From contig CAWCNS010000009.1 of NCBI GenBank assembly GCA_963796965.1, positions 608,001-672,000 of the forward strand: 64,000 nucleotides of DNA, in the 5' to 3' direction. A program made the position numbers and the translations under genes. Position 1 is the first letter of the stretch. Each line of letters begins with the position of its first letter. This document shows, piece by piece, positions 10,402-22,543 of this stretch. The DNA is from Calditrichia bacterium (GTDB taxonomy: Bacteria > Calditrichota > Calditrichia > JAJRVZ01). The notes under the pieces were generated by a model. That model worked only from the letters and a program-made list of their open reading frames with translations, did not search any database and was not told the origin of the DNA.

Positions 10402-12329
10402 ATGATTGGGAAAACGATATCACATTTCAAGATTCAGAGTGATCTTGGTGAAGGTGGCATGGGCAAAGTCTACCTCGCTCTGGATACTGAGCTTGAACGA
10501 GAGGTAGCCCTAAAATTTCTTCTTCCACATTTGACTGAAAATGAGAAAATTAACTCCCGGTTTAAGCAGGAAGCCCGCACTTTAGCAACGCTGAATCATC
10601 CTAATATAATTACAATCTATGAGGTGGGTGAATTTGAAGGACATTCCTTCATTGCAACTGAGTATGTAAAAGGTCAGAGTCTTGAAACGATATTATTCAA
10701 CAAAACTTTATCTATAAAACAAATACTTGATATTGTGATGCAGCTCTGTGATGGCTTGCATGAAGCACATGCACATGGTGTTATTCATAGGGATATCAAA
10801 CCAGGTAATATTTTTATTGAAAATAACGGGCATGTAAAAATATAGACTTTGGTTTGGCAAAATTAAAGGAAGCCGGAAGAAAAACCTCAACGACGACCAC
10901 TCTTGGTACTTTATATTATTTATCTCCCGAACAGATACAAAATTCTACCGTTGATCAAAGGACTGACATCTTTGCCACAGGGATTCTTTTATATGAAATG
11001 ATCAGTGGACAACTTCCGTTTAGGGGTGATCATGAGGCCGCTGTGATGTATACTATCCTCAATGAAGATCCGGAACCTTTAACCCGTTATAAATCCGGTA
11101 TTTCACCAAACCTTCAAAATATTGTACTTAAAGCCCTTCGCAAAAATCCCGATGTGCGCTATCAGCATATCGATGATCTCTTATCAGACCTGAAGAATGA
11201 GCTGAGCGAAACAGAAACCTCAACAATTTCCATAAAAAAATCTACACAAGAAAAAACAATTCGTAAACTTGCTGCCATCATGTTTACTGATATCTTCAGT
11301 TACTCCCATATGATGGGAAAGGATGAGGAGAAAGCATTTAAACTTCTTGAAGATTACGACGCAATGGTCTCACCACTTATTGAAAAACAAAACGGTCAAA
11401 TTTTAAAGAAAATTGGTGATGGATTTTTCTGTGAATTCTCCTCAGCCCTGGAAGCAGTGGAATGTGCCTTAGATATTCAGAATGCATTAAACGATTATAA
11501 CCTAAATCAGGGAAAAGATTTTCAATTAAAGGTCCGCATTGGCATCCATGTGGGTGATGTTATAAAAAAAGAGAATGATCTGTTTGGTGATGGTGTAAAT
11601 GTTGCAGCAAGAATAGAACCCTTAGCACCTCCCGGCGGTATTTATATTTCTGATACGGCGTACTCGGCTATCAGTAGCCATCCCAAGTTTGAGATAATAG
11701 ATATCGGTCCCAGAACTTTGAAAAATATAAACAAAGCACCTACCTTGTATCAAATAGTCACCGGTTATGAGGACCCAATAGAAAAAGTCAAATCCTCTCA
11801 TATCAAATCTCCCCCAAAAGCAAAAAAGATATCCACTATAAATGACCAGCAACAAAATCAGCGATTTACTTTGCCTAGATTCGCTTGGATTGTCAGTATG
11901 GCAGTTATTATTACAGTTGTAGCCATATGGCTCTCCAACTCATCTAACTCTTCAATTTCAACACCAGGCGAACAGTCAGAAACAAATATTCAAGAAGCTA
12001 TGGGTACTAAATCAAATTACCCTGAGGTTTCTAAATTGCTTGAATCTGAGAAATCTAAAAGATTTGTATCTGACGTTTTAAAAATTGAAGATTCAAACAC
12101 CTTATTAAAATATTTAAAAGAGAATAAAAACCTGGGCAGACTAACCTTTGGGAAAAAAGGTAATTATTCAGAGATAGAGGGTAAGTATGTTATTATCCTT
12201 GACGAACAGCGGATTTATTCTCTTTTGCTGTATCACGATCAAAAATATTTTGATGTCATGGGCAATGATATCTACGATGATCTCTCTGAAAATTTTCGAG
12301 GTAAAAGAGAAATTTGGATTGACTTGTGA
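10402..12329 (+). CDS. Membrane-anchored Hanks-type Ser/Thr kinase - class III adenylate/guanylate cyclase fusion (~640 aa); 1-nt frameshift near 10843
   Basis: Kinase: GEGGMGKVY, VALK, HRDIKPGN, GTLYYLSPE; adding one T to ATA TAG ACT TTG restores I-L-D-F-G-L-A-K. Cyclase: IMFTDI, KKIGDG, RIGIHVGDV, DLFGDGVNVAARIE. Then a TM helix (FAWIVSMAVIITVVAIWLS) and an ectodomain. Confidence 0.9.
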
Positions 12330-12350
12330 ATATTGAACTAAGGAACCCTT

Positions 12351-13324
12351 ATGAAAACAAAATACAATCTAATGATTATTGTTTTTATTGTGATTTGGCC
12401 AACCATTTTAGCAGCAGTAGAAACTAAAATAATTCTACTTTCGGGTGGTGAGGATCAATACAGAAGAAAAGTTGAGACGGTTCTGACTTCTGTGCTCAAT
12501 GGTGTGAACAATAATCATGATAAGCAGACGCCCCTGAAAACAATTAGTACGTATTTTACGAAAAATGCCTTTGGAGAATTTGCAGAGCTTGTCGAGAAAA
12601 CAAAACTTTATGCGACTCAGAAAGAATACCGGACGTATCTTCTTAAAACTTCAAATGGCAATTTTGAGGTACGAAATATAAAAGTGCGTATATATTTAGG
12701 AGAAACAACAGGCATTCCTTTTCAAAGCCTCGTATTCTCACTGGACTCAACAGGTGTTATTGTGAGTTTAAACTTTGCTGTAGAAGATCATCATTATCAG
12801 GAGATCATCCAGCAGGGCAAACAGCTGGAGGATCTGGCCTACAGAGAAAAAATCCTCCACTTTATAGAATTATATCGAACAGCCTATAATAAAAAAGATC
12901 TTCCCTTTATTGAGAAGACATTATCTGAAGATGCCCTGATCATTGTCGGACATGTGATTGAAGTTCAGAAACAGTCTCATGATTATTTAGGGAGTAGTTA
13001 TCTGGGTGATGAGAAAATCGAATTTATTCGTCTGGGGAAACATGAATATCTGGAAAGATTAAACAAGGTATTCAAAAATAATGATTTTGTTAGAGCCATA
13101 TTTGATGAGATAAATATTCAGCGCCATCCTCAGTTCGAAAAGATTTATGGGGTTCACTCAAACAACGCTGGCAATCATCTTTCTATAGCGATGAAGGATA
13201 TCTTTTTCTCCTGGTAGATTTTATTAATGAAGATGAACCGATTATCCATGTGCGTGCCTGGCAACCTGAAACGTTTACTGATGGTTCTACAATAAGTATT
13301 TATGATTTTGAAATCATTGAGTAG
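12351..13324 (+). CDS. Exported uncharacterised protein with a probable NTF2/SnoaL-like C-terminal domain; frameshift near 13157
   Basis: Signal peptide; ILHFIELYRTAYNKKDLPFIEKTLSEDALIIVG; the shifted frame gives LKQRWQSSFYSDEGYLFLLVDFINEDEPIIHVRAWQPE..FEIIE* ending at 13324. Confidence 0.7.
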
Positions 13325-13328
13325 AAAA

Positions 13329-14238
13329 ATGGCGAAAATTTTTGGAAAAATTACTTTCACTACCGTTGTTATCCTGGCAACTATTAATTTTCTTTATGCA
13401 CAAAAATCTAATAGTCCGGGCCTCTATTTTTCCGATTCATTGGGAAACAATACTGTTGAATACTATGATGCCAACAATACCGATTTATTACAGGAAGCGC
13501 TATACCAACGTCTGAAGACACGAATAAACAATCCTGTCTCGGCTGAAAAAGATCCAGTTTCTAAAACCAGATTTCAATTTCTGCAAAAGCTCTCTGAAAT
13601 ACTATCCACAAGCCTCCCTGAATGGAGAGATACTTGTCATTCCCTATCCACAGGGAAAATTTAAAAGCTTAAGTGAAATCCATTATCATCTCCCATCAGA
13701 TTTTTTTAAGGATTCCGGTACCGTTACTGCATTACAACCTGAGATTTTACTCATTCAAGGCTCAGATAAGAGCACACTTATTTTTAATAAGGCTTACACG
13801 TTAGTCTTTTATCGCTCACCGGGGACAAGTTCTGATGCCTTATTTGAAAGTATTCAGGCGATAAAAAAAGTATATAATCTGCTTTTGCCGGGAGCAGAAA
13901 AATCTGGCTCTGGAAAATCAATTTCAATTAAAGGCAGCCTCTTATATAAGGGTTATGAACCTCATACCCATTGGCTCACCTCGCTGAACCAAGTACGTGT
14001 CTTCCTGGATGAACTTGCCGTGGAAGGATCACTTTATTTTTATCCCTCCAGAATTGAAATCCATGAAAATAACATCATGATAAATGGCTTATTATATGTC
14101 ATTAAAAATGATATCTTAAATATTTACCATTTTGCTGATACCACTGTCCTATTCACAAACGCTTCTACGCCTGAATACTCTGAATTCAAAATTAAATTCT
14201 ATCCGTATATAAAAAACTTGCATGTGACGAACGAATAA
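13329..14238 (+). CDS. Exported hypothetical protein; frameshift about 13570-13660
   Basis: Signal peptide MAKIFGKITFTTVVILATINFLYA. The 13885 frame is open upstream (LNGEILVIPYPQGKFK..) into the first ORF. Confidence 0.65.
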
Positions 14239-14306
14239 GCAGTTTTGTTATTGCACCTCACTGTAAAACGAACATAGTTCATATAACAATAAACTTTAAC
14301 CGGGGT

Positions 14307-15758
14307 TTGATGATGACTTCTGAAATCCATCGATATACTTTCCCTATTTTGATTTTCTTTTTCTTTTTTAGTACCTCCTTTGCTCAACAAATACTAGATG
14401 AAATGCAATTAAGTGATATTTCCGATCAGCCATCTATAAAATCTTCGGTCATACGGGATCCCAACCAGGCCTTAATAATCGTTAAAACACAGATTTCTGC
14501 TCTACGTATAGAATCAAACAATATCATTATAAAGTCAGAACAGGTGGAACCCGGAACCTGGCATATTCGGGTAGAACCCGGCACACACCGCTTGAGTTTC
14601 CAGGCTGAAGGATTTATCTCCGTTCAGCAAAGATTTTATTTTAATCCAAAAGATGTAAAAGGTGTCCAAATACGCGTTATATCGGCAGCAGAAAAAAAGG
14701 AAGAAAAGAATTCGGGGATCATTGTCATTAAAAGCACCCCGGATAGCGCTGCCGTATATTTAAATGATCAGTTTTATGGCACTACGCCCTATCTTGGTAA
14801 AACCCTGGGCGGACAGTATAAACTGGAATTAAAAAAAGAACCTTTCCATTCCCATATCCAGCAGATCATTATTATTCCCGGGGAGACTTTACCTGTAAAT
14901 GTTGATCTCAGTGCTGATCTCGGCTCTGTAGAAATTATATCTAATCCATCCAACGCCAGAATTGAAATCGATAATCAGTATATTGGCGAGACACCTTTCA
15001 CTTTCAAAAAATTGGCAAAAGGTAAACATGTCATTCAGGTGAGTTTGGAAAATTATGTGCCTTTTGATTCTGAATTTGAGATAAATAAGGATAATCTTAA
15101 TCAGCGATTTAATGTTCTGCTAAAACCAAAGGAATCAATATTAAGCGTAAAGGGTTCGCCCCGGAATGCCCAAATTGAACTTAATGAGAAAAAGGTGGGA
15201 ATTCTTCCCAGCGAAAAGATCAAACTGGCCTTTGGCGCTTATAATCTTACCGTAACCCAGCCAGGTTATTATCAGTATCAAAAAAATATTGTCATCGCTT
15301 CAGGTGATCCCTATGACTTAAATATAGCATTGAGGCCAAAAAGCAAATATTCGGCCCTCTTATACTCCACTTTGCTTCCGGGAAGTGGACAAATTTATTC
15401 TGGAAGACCAACACAAGGTATCATATTGGGTGTGGCATCCCTGGGATGTGCGGCTGTTGCCCTGGTATTTACAAGCGACTATAACGATAAAAATGAGACC
15501 TATATGGATACAAAAGCAATTTACGATAACAATACGGATCTGGGGAAGATGGACGAACTCTATCAGGCCACCCAGGAGAGCTATGGTGAAATGGAAGATG
15601 CCCATAAACAGGCACAGCTCATGTGGGGTATTACGATTGCTGTCTGGTTATATAATATGGCCGATGCCCTTTTCTTTTTTCCGGATATTAGTGGGGTACA
15701 ACTAAAAGCCAATACCCAGGCATCTTCTTCCAAACTGGTTCTGACTATTCAGTTATGA
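14307..15758 (+). CDS. PEGA domain protein with a C-terminal DUF5683-like membrane region
   Basis: Three PEGA-like repeats (IKSTPDSAAVYLNDQFYGTTP; ISNPSNARIEIDNQYIGETP; VKGSPRNAQIELN); SALLYSTLLPGSGQIY plus hydrophobic helices; signal peptide. Confidence 0.85.
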   Translation: MMMTSEIHRYTFPILIFFFFFSTSFAQQILDEMQLSDISDQPSIKSSVIRDPNQALIIVKTQISALRIESNNIIIKSEQVEPGTWHIRVEPGTHRLSFQAEGFISVQQRFYFNPKDVKGVQIRVISAAEKKEEKNSGIIVIKSTPDSAAVYLNDQFYGTTPYLGKTLGGQYKLELKKEPFHSHIQQIIIIPGETLPVNVDLSADLGSVEIISNPSNARIEIDNQYIGETPFTFKKLAKGKHVIQVSLENYVPFDSEFEINKDNLNQRFNVLLKPKESILSVKGSPRNAQIELNEKKVGILPSEKIKLAFGAYNLTVTQPGYYQYQKNIVIASGDPYDLNIALRPKSKYSALLYSTLLPGSGQIYSGRPTQGIILGVASLGCAAVALVFTSDYNDKNETYMDTKAIYDNNTDLGKMDELYQATQESYGEMEDAHKQAQLMWGITIAVWLYNMADALFFFPDISGVQLKANTQASSSKLVLTIQL

Positions 15759-15793
15759 TAAAAAATATAACAAATAGTTTTGGTTTTTATCCA

Positions 15794-15819
15794 GTAGAGA
15801 CGTCCCGCTGGGACGTCTC
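15794..15819. repeat. GTAG-type REP-like palindrome
   Basis: GTA-GAGACGTCCC-GCT-GGGACGTCTC between the PEGA and cohesin genes. Confidence 0.7.
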
Positions 15820-15873
15820 CAATTCAATCAACATCAATTTATATACTATTTATTATTCGAATGGAGATTATCT

Positions 15874-16476
15874 ATGAAACGTATTTATCATATCCCCATT
15901 TTCAATTTATGCTGTCTCCACATATTATTTGTCCTATTATCTGCTTTCTGGTTGAGTAATTGCAGCGAATTACCATCCAAATCAGAAGGACCCGATAATC
16001 CCCTTGATCCAAGAAATCCAGCCAATAAAAACCAAGGGCCGGTTCTGGTTCTTTCTCCAACTCAAATCAATGTAAATAGTGGGAATAATTTTCAATTAGA
16101 ATTATGGATCGTGGGAACCGATTCTATCGCTGGTTTGAGTACCAGAATATCTTATGATCCTCAACAATTGAGTGTTGAAGAAATAGACTCCCTCGTGACA
16201 GCATCCGAATCAATTTTACTACAAAATGGCGGTCAATTGATTTTCTTTAGTAACGTCGATACGGATAGTGGTTTTATTGATATTGATTGCGCCGTTGTTG
16301 AGGGGAAACCTCGTAATATCACAGGATCCGGTATAATAACAAGAATAAATTTTCGACATCTTAGTGGTACAAGTGAAACAAATTTGGAAATTTCAGAAAA
16401 CAGTCTTTTACGTGATGATTCAAATACCGAAGTGGCTCTAGCAGATCGTATTGGCTCGCAGATAAATATTAAATAA
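15874..16476 (+). CDS. Cohesin-like domain lipoprotein
   Basis: Lipobox-like LSNC, linker PDNPLDPRNP, then IAGLSTRISYDPQQLSV...GSGIITRINFR..LLRDDSN, a cohesin beta-sandwich pattern; RBS GGAG. Confidence 0.75.
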   Translation: MKRIYHIPIFNLCCLHILFVLLSAFWLSNCSELPSKSEGPDNPLDPRNPANKNQGPVLVLSPTQINVNSGNNFQLELWIVGTDSIAGLSTRISYDPQQLSVEEIDSLVTASESILLQNGGQLIFFSNVDTDSGFIDIDCAVVEGKPRNITGSGIITRINFRHLSGTSETNLEISENSLLRDDSNTEVALADRIGSQINIK

Positions 16477-16504
16477 GAACGGTTTTATACGAGAGAGGTG
16501 ACAT

Positions 16505-19500
16505 GTGCAATTATCAAAATCCTTTATCTTCTATATTATTGTACTCTTTTTTTTAATAAAAATAACTCCGGGTCAGACATTTGAAAATATCAGCCTGGTT
16601 GGCAGATGGGCGGAAGGACCCTGTAATGCCGTATCTGTTTCAGGTAATTTCATTTATAAAGGCAGTGGTTCACTTATTTATATTCTAGACATCTCCGGCG
16701 AGGGGGATCCTCTCCCGGTGGGAGAAGTACTCTTACCTAATATCGCAAAACATATTGCCACTTTTGGGAACAGGTTATATTTGATCGATGAAGATGAGAT
16801 CCTCTATGTTTTTGATATATCAAATCCAACCACCCTCTTAGAAACTGGCTCTTTACCTCAGGGATATTTGTTGCTGATATGGTTGCACAGGGAAATTATT
16901 TATATCTGGGAAACAGTAATAACGGTTTAAAAATATTCAATGTTTCTGATCCCACCAATATCAATGAAATAGGAGCGCTTCCCGATCTGGATGTTCGTGA
17001 TTTAGATATAAAAAATTCAAACTTGTTTGTCGCAGCGAATACGAAGTTTAGTATTGTTGATATTTCAGATCCTGCTAATCCATCGGAAATTGCTTTTTTA
17101 TCCTTTAGTGCACATGCCATAACCCTAGGGACGGATTTTGCTTACGTGGCAGGGAATAAAGCATTACGAGTAATTTCAGTTTCTGATCCATCCAATCCGT
17201 TTCAGGCAGGCATTACCAGCTATCAGGGATCTATAGATGCCATAGGATATGCTTATAATTATGTTTTTTTAGATGATTATTTTGATGCCGGAGGATATTA
17301 TTTAAATACAATCCGTGCTTTTTACGTGGGAGATCCGGAAAATCCCGTGGAAACACAGTCTTTTGATATTTCAGGAAATATCAAGGATATTTTTACAAAA
17401 GATGGTTTAGTATATACCGCAGCAGAAAATGCCGGACTGTATATCCTCAATGCTTTTGAATTTGAACAGGTATGGGATTTAGAATATTCTGAACCCTGTG
17501 CCGTAACTGTTGAGGGTAACTATGCCTATGTCGTTCAACGAACCTTTCCCAGCATATTACATATATTTAATATTATAGATCCGGAAAATCCGGTTGAAAT
17601 CGGTTCCTGCACTATCGATAATACCAGCGATTGGTTACAGGGCATAACGGTAAAAGGTCCATATGCCTATGTCGTACAAGGTCAGTCAGGTCTGCATATT
17701 ATCGATATTTCTAATCCCTCTGCACCTAGTAAAATCGGGGAGTTCAGGGATGCGTCTGAATGTCTGGATGTGGCCGTAGAAGGTAACTATGCCTATATCG
17801 CCGGCGCAGATCACGAAACCTGGGAAAAAGGCTTGATGATTGTTGATATCTCCGATCCTGTAAATCCATTTCTTGTCTCTCTCACAGGGAATGCCACTGC
17901 CTATGATGTAGAATTAAAGGATGGATACGCTTTTGTTAGTGGCCGTGATGGATTTCAGATCTTTGATATTTCAGATCCTGCAAATCCTGATTCAGTTAAA
18001 ACGGTAGATGATCCAACACGGGGATATGCTTTAGTCCTTGATGGCACCAAGGCCTATATTTCTACTGATCATGGTCTATATATATATGATATTTCAGATC
18101 CGGAAAATCCATCTGGCTGGGATTTTATGGTTCCGGCTCCTATGATGGTCTTGAGGTAAAAGGTGATATGGCCTATCGCGCTGCTTATGATGGCCGTTTT
18201 GAAGTTTTTGATGTTTCAGATCCCAACAATATTACTGAATTTGACAATCCAAGAATGACATTCCCTTACTATACCGTAAAATTTATGGCACTTAAGGGAG
18301 ATTATTTATACTGTGCGGGGGAAAGTGATTTCCGTATTTTCAGAACCCTTAACATCACTGAGCGATATCATCACGCTTCAGCAGATTATACAAAAAATAT
18401 TACCACTTCCGGCAATTTTGCCTTTGTAGCCAATGAACAAAACGGGCTTTACATTCTGGATATAAGCAATCCCGCCAATCCTGACCAGCATGGGTATCTT
18501 GATACCCCGGGTAGTGCAAGTAATGTGGACGTTTATGGGAACTTAGCTGGTGTTGCTGATAATAATGAAGGTTTGCGCATCATCGATATTTCTGATCCTG
18601 CCTCTCCCTATGAAATAAGTACAGCTGATACCATTGCCTATAATATTGAACTCGTTGATAACCGTGCTTATATAGCTGGGGAAGAAGGCATGCATATCGT
18701 AGATCTCTCAAATCCTGCTTCTCCCCAGGAAATAGGATTCTTTAATGCCTATGGACGGGTTTCTGATATTGTCGTTATGGATGATGTTGCCTACCTATGT
18801 GGAGGATCCAGTAATAATTACTTTGTTATTGTTGATATTTCTGATCCCGGAAATCCGGTTGAAGTAAATCGTCATCTCAATAGCGGGCGAAATTTAAGTG
18901 TAAATGGTGGTTATGCTTACCTTGCCGAAGGCTGGTATGGATTTACGATTTTGGATATAAACGATCCCTATAATATCGTTGAAGTGGGGGATTTCCCGAA
19001 TAAAGTCCAGGATGTTATTGTTATTGGAGATTATGCTTGCATTACCGAAGGCTCAGATGGCTTACGGATATGGAACATTTCTGCCCCGCAAGCACCCGTT
19101 GAAGAAGGATATACCAATATAGGGCAAAATCTATCAGGTATAAGCCTGAATGCAGGCCATATCTACGTCGCTGATGGCGAGAATGGCTTGTATGTATTTA
19201 AAGAAGAAATACCACCCGAAAAACCGATAGATCTGCAAGCGGGAGGATCTTCACCCAGCCCCTGGCAAGCTTCACCGATTTTTGAAGTCGATTGGACCAA
19301 CCCGGGGGACTTATCAGGCATCCGCAATGCTAAATTTAAATTGGGATCTCCCCCGGGAAGTAATGATGACTTTGAGGAGATGGTGGGAGGTGAGCCCCCT
19401 TATAATATTGAAGTTTCTGAAGAAGGGATCCATCCTTTATATTTATGGGTGGTTGACAGTGCGGGCAATGAAAATTTTGCTAACTATAATACCGTGAATT

Positions 19501-22446
19501 TAAGATATGACGGCTCCTGTGCCTCGCCAACTAATTTTAGGGACATTAATGAACTCGAAACGGATGTCTGGCAAAACAGTAAAAATAATGCGATCATTTC
19601 CTGGGATGCACCTTCCGATCCGGCGGGAATTGAAAAATACTATCTTTATCTTGGATCGGATCCATCCGGTACCTCCCCTTCAGATTCAACCACGGCAACC
19701 AATTCTGACGTGTCTTTTTCCGAAGGTGTCACTTATTTCCGCATTCAGGCCAAAGATAATTTAGGTAACCCTAGCGACTGGATGACCGGTTTTATTTTCA
19801 AATATGACAAGACAATCCCCAAGGGTGCACAGGCCTCTGTTGCCGATTCATCGGCCGGCAGTTTTGTCGTCTCCTGGTCTACCGGCAGCGATGAAGGAGG
19901 GTCCGGTTTAAGCGGTATCTATGATGTCCGGTATAAAGAGGGTGAAGGTGAATGGTCGGACTGGCTGACCGATTATAACGGCGACAATGCCGTTTTTACA
20001 GATGGAGCAGGCGGACAAACCTATTATTTTGAAGCGGCTGCCCGGGATAGTGCGGGAAATGCTGAGCAATTCACCGAACAGGCCGAATGTTCCACTTTTG
20101 TCAGTTCACATCTGGGTACTGCTATAACCAATTTATCCGGCGAACAATCCGGTTCTATAGAAATTCATTATACAATCTCAAATTCAGACAGTACCTCAAC
20201 TGATATCAAATGTGAATATTCATTGTCGACAAGAGAATGTCTGGGATTTAGTCACTATCACTGGAAAAACAACCAATATATTGCCGGCAAGTTATAGTGG
20301 TAGTGTCTTTTGGGATTCAGATACCGATGCACCCGGAATTGACCGTAGTTTTGCTCAATTTAGAATCACACCTATTGATATAAAAGGAAAAGGTATCGCT
20401 GCTATAACGTCTCCCTTCCATCTGGATAACAACCAATCCCCCACTATTGTAATTGATCCTCTTGCGGAAGAACAAAGTGAAGATATTTTGATTTCCTTTC
20501 ATCTTTCTGATTCTGAAAATGACACCCTGTCTATCAGAGGTGAATATTTTCATCAAGGAAGTCAGATCTGGCTGGATGCCACCTTGATTGGCGCAACTGA
20601 GCATCTTATCGATACGGATAATCAGGTCACATGGCAATCAGGCATCGATCTAAACACGGCCCTTGGTAATTACCAAATCAGGATCCGCCCCTATGATAAT
20701 GATCACGGAACAAGTGATACTTTAAGTATATTTATTGATAATGTCGGTGCTCCGGATATTTTATCCATGACGGAACTTACGGAAGAACAGAGCGGAGATA
20801 TCACGATTAATTATATTCTTGCTGATAATGAAAGGCAAACCATTAATCTGATCTGTGAATATTCTCAAGATTCTGGCAAAACGTGGTCCTTAGCTTCTGC
20901 ATCTGGGAGTGTCACCGGTATTTCATTCAGTGAATATGCCGGTTCGCTAATCTGGCATTCATCTACCGATCTTCCCGGTGTTGACAAAACCACTGTACAA
21001 TTCCGAATCACGGCTACAGACGGTAATGCCGGACGGCCAAGAGAAACGTCTGAATTTCATCTGGATAATAATCTTCCACCAACACTTCAGATTGGTCCAC
21101 TTAGGTCAGTACTATCCGGAAATATTGAGATTCCCATAACGATTGATGACACAGAAAATGATACCATATCCGTAATAGGACAGTATAGAAAAGAAAACGA
21201 AAACTGGCAGTGGATGACATCAAGTTCCCTATCGCAGATCATACCCTCTCAGTATACCAATGCGTTTTTTTGGGATAGTAACAGTGATCTGGGAATTGGG
21301 AAATATTCACAGGTACAACTGCAGACTTTTGCTAAGGATGCTGATAGGGGGGTATCAACAGTAACAGACACCTTCAAAATCAAGAATTTTGCTGGTGATT
21401 TCAGTGGTGATATCTCGGTTGACTCCGAAGATCTGCAACCTTTTGCTCTAGCCTGGCGAAAGCAGGATCTTAGTAAAGAGATAGGTCCGGCCAGCGGTGA
21501 GCCACCAGATCTTATTCCGGATCCGGATGGTATCATCGATTTTGAAGACTTGATAGTGTTAGTACAACAATGGAACTGCAGTTTTGACGGAAATCTAAGT
21601 AAACTGACAGTTGAAAGAGATTTTCAGACGACGGCAACTGAAATCACCCTAAAAACTGATGATCAGCAGAAACATATTTTATTAAACCTTGACAAAAATT
21701 TTCAAACACCTAAGCATATGACTCTTCCATCAGTCCAGACAGGCCTGATAAAAATGGCACAATCCGAATATGACAAATGGTCTAATAAATTTGCCGATGA
21801 ATTAAATTTAGATCTGGATACCACCGCTTCTATTCTGGGCTTTCAGATTGTTCTCGACTATGATCCAAAGATTTTTACACTATCAGGTATAAATTCCAAA
21901 ATATTTGATGAGCAAGATGGTATTCTTTTTAAGACTGATGATAGTGAGAATAACCACATTCTGATAGATGCTTTTGTATTGGAATCTGAAAAAAATTTGA
22001 CTGAGATCGATGGTGAATTTTTAACGATCAACATTAAAGCGCTTCAAGAAAAAAGAATAACATCAAATTTTTCCTGGATAATTTATCAGGAAGACGGAAC
22101 TATTCTCAGCCAGGGCCAATCCGAAATAGATCTTGAGACTCATCGATCTGTTCCCCAAACTTTCTCGCTATATCAGAATTTTCCTAATCCCTTTAATCCC
22201 TCAACGACCATTCGCTATCAACTACCTGATGGAGGCAAAGTCCAGCTTACGATCTTTAATATTCTCGGGGAGAAAGTACAGACACTTGTTAACGAGAATC
22301 AAAAAGCCGGCTATTATAACTACCTATGGGATGTATCGCAAAGTAAAAGCTCTATCGCCAGCGGAATCTACTTTGTTCAATTATTGGTCAAAGGCAATGA
22401 TGGAAACCGATATATAGATCATAAAAAACTTATGTTTTTGAAATAG
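16505..22446 (+). CDS. Giant secreted LVIVD-repeat protein A (~1980 aa): LVIVD repeats, Ig/FN3-like modules, dockerin-like, cohesin-like and C-terminal sorting domain; frameshifts near 16860, 18115 and 20230
   Basis: Four consecutive ORFs with continuous repeats (IIDISDPxNPxEIG, GNYAYV); GDFSGDISVDSEDL..DPDGIIDFEDL; GFQIVLDYDP; LYQNFPNPFNPSTTIRYQLP..ASGIYF..KKLMFLK. Confidence 0.88.
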
Positions 22447-22543
22447 AATTTATGACTTATTGTCGCTATCATATAATGAAATTGCTGTTTCAATAAAAGA
22501 TATATATCTAAAGAAAAATCTTATCAATCCCAAGGGAGTGTTT

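Noticed and set aside
10840..10856. Programmed frameshift or readthrough at the kinase DFG motif
   Set aside because: No slippery sequence or stimulatory hairpin is evident, and similar indels occur throughout the region, so sequence error is simpler.
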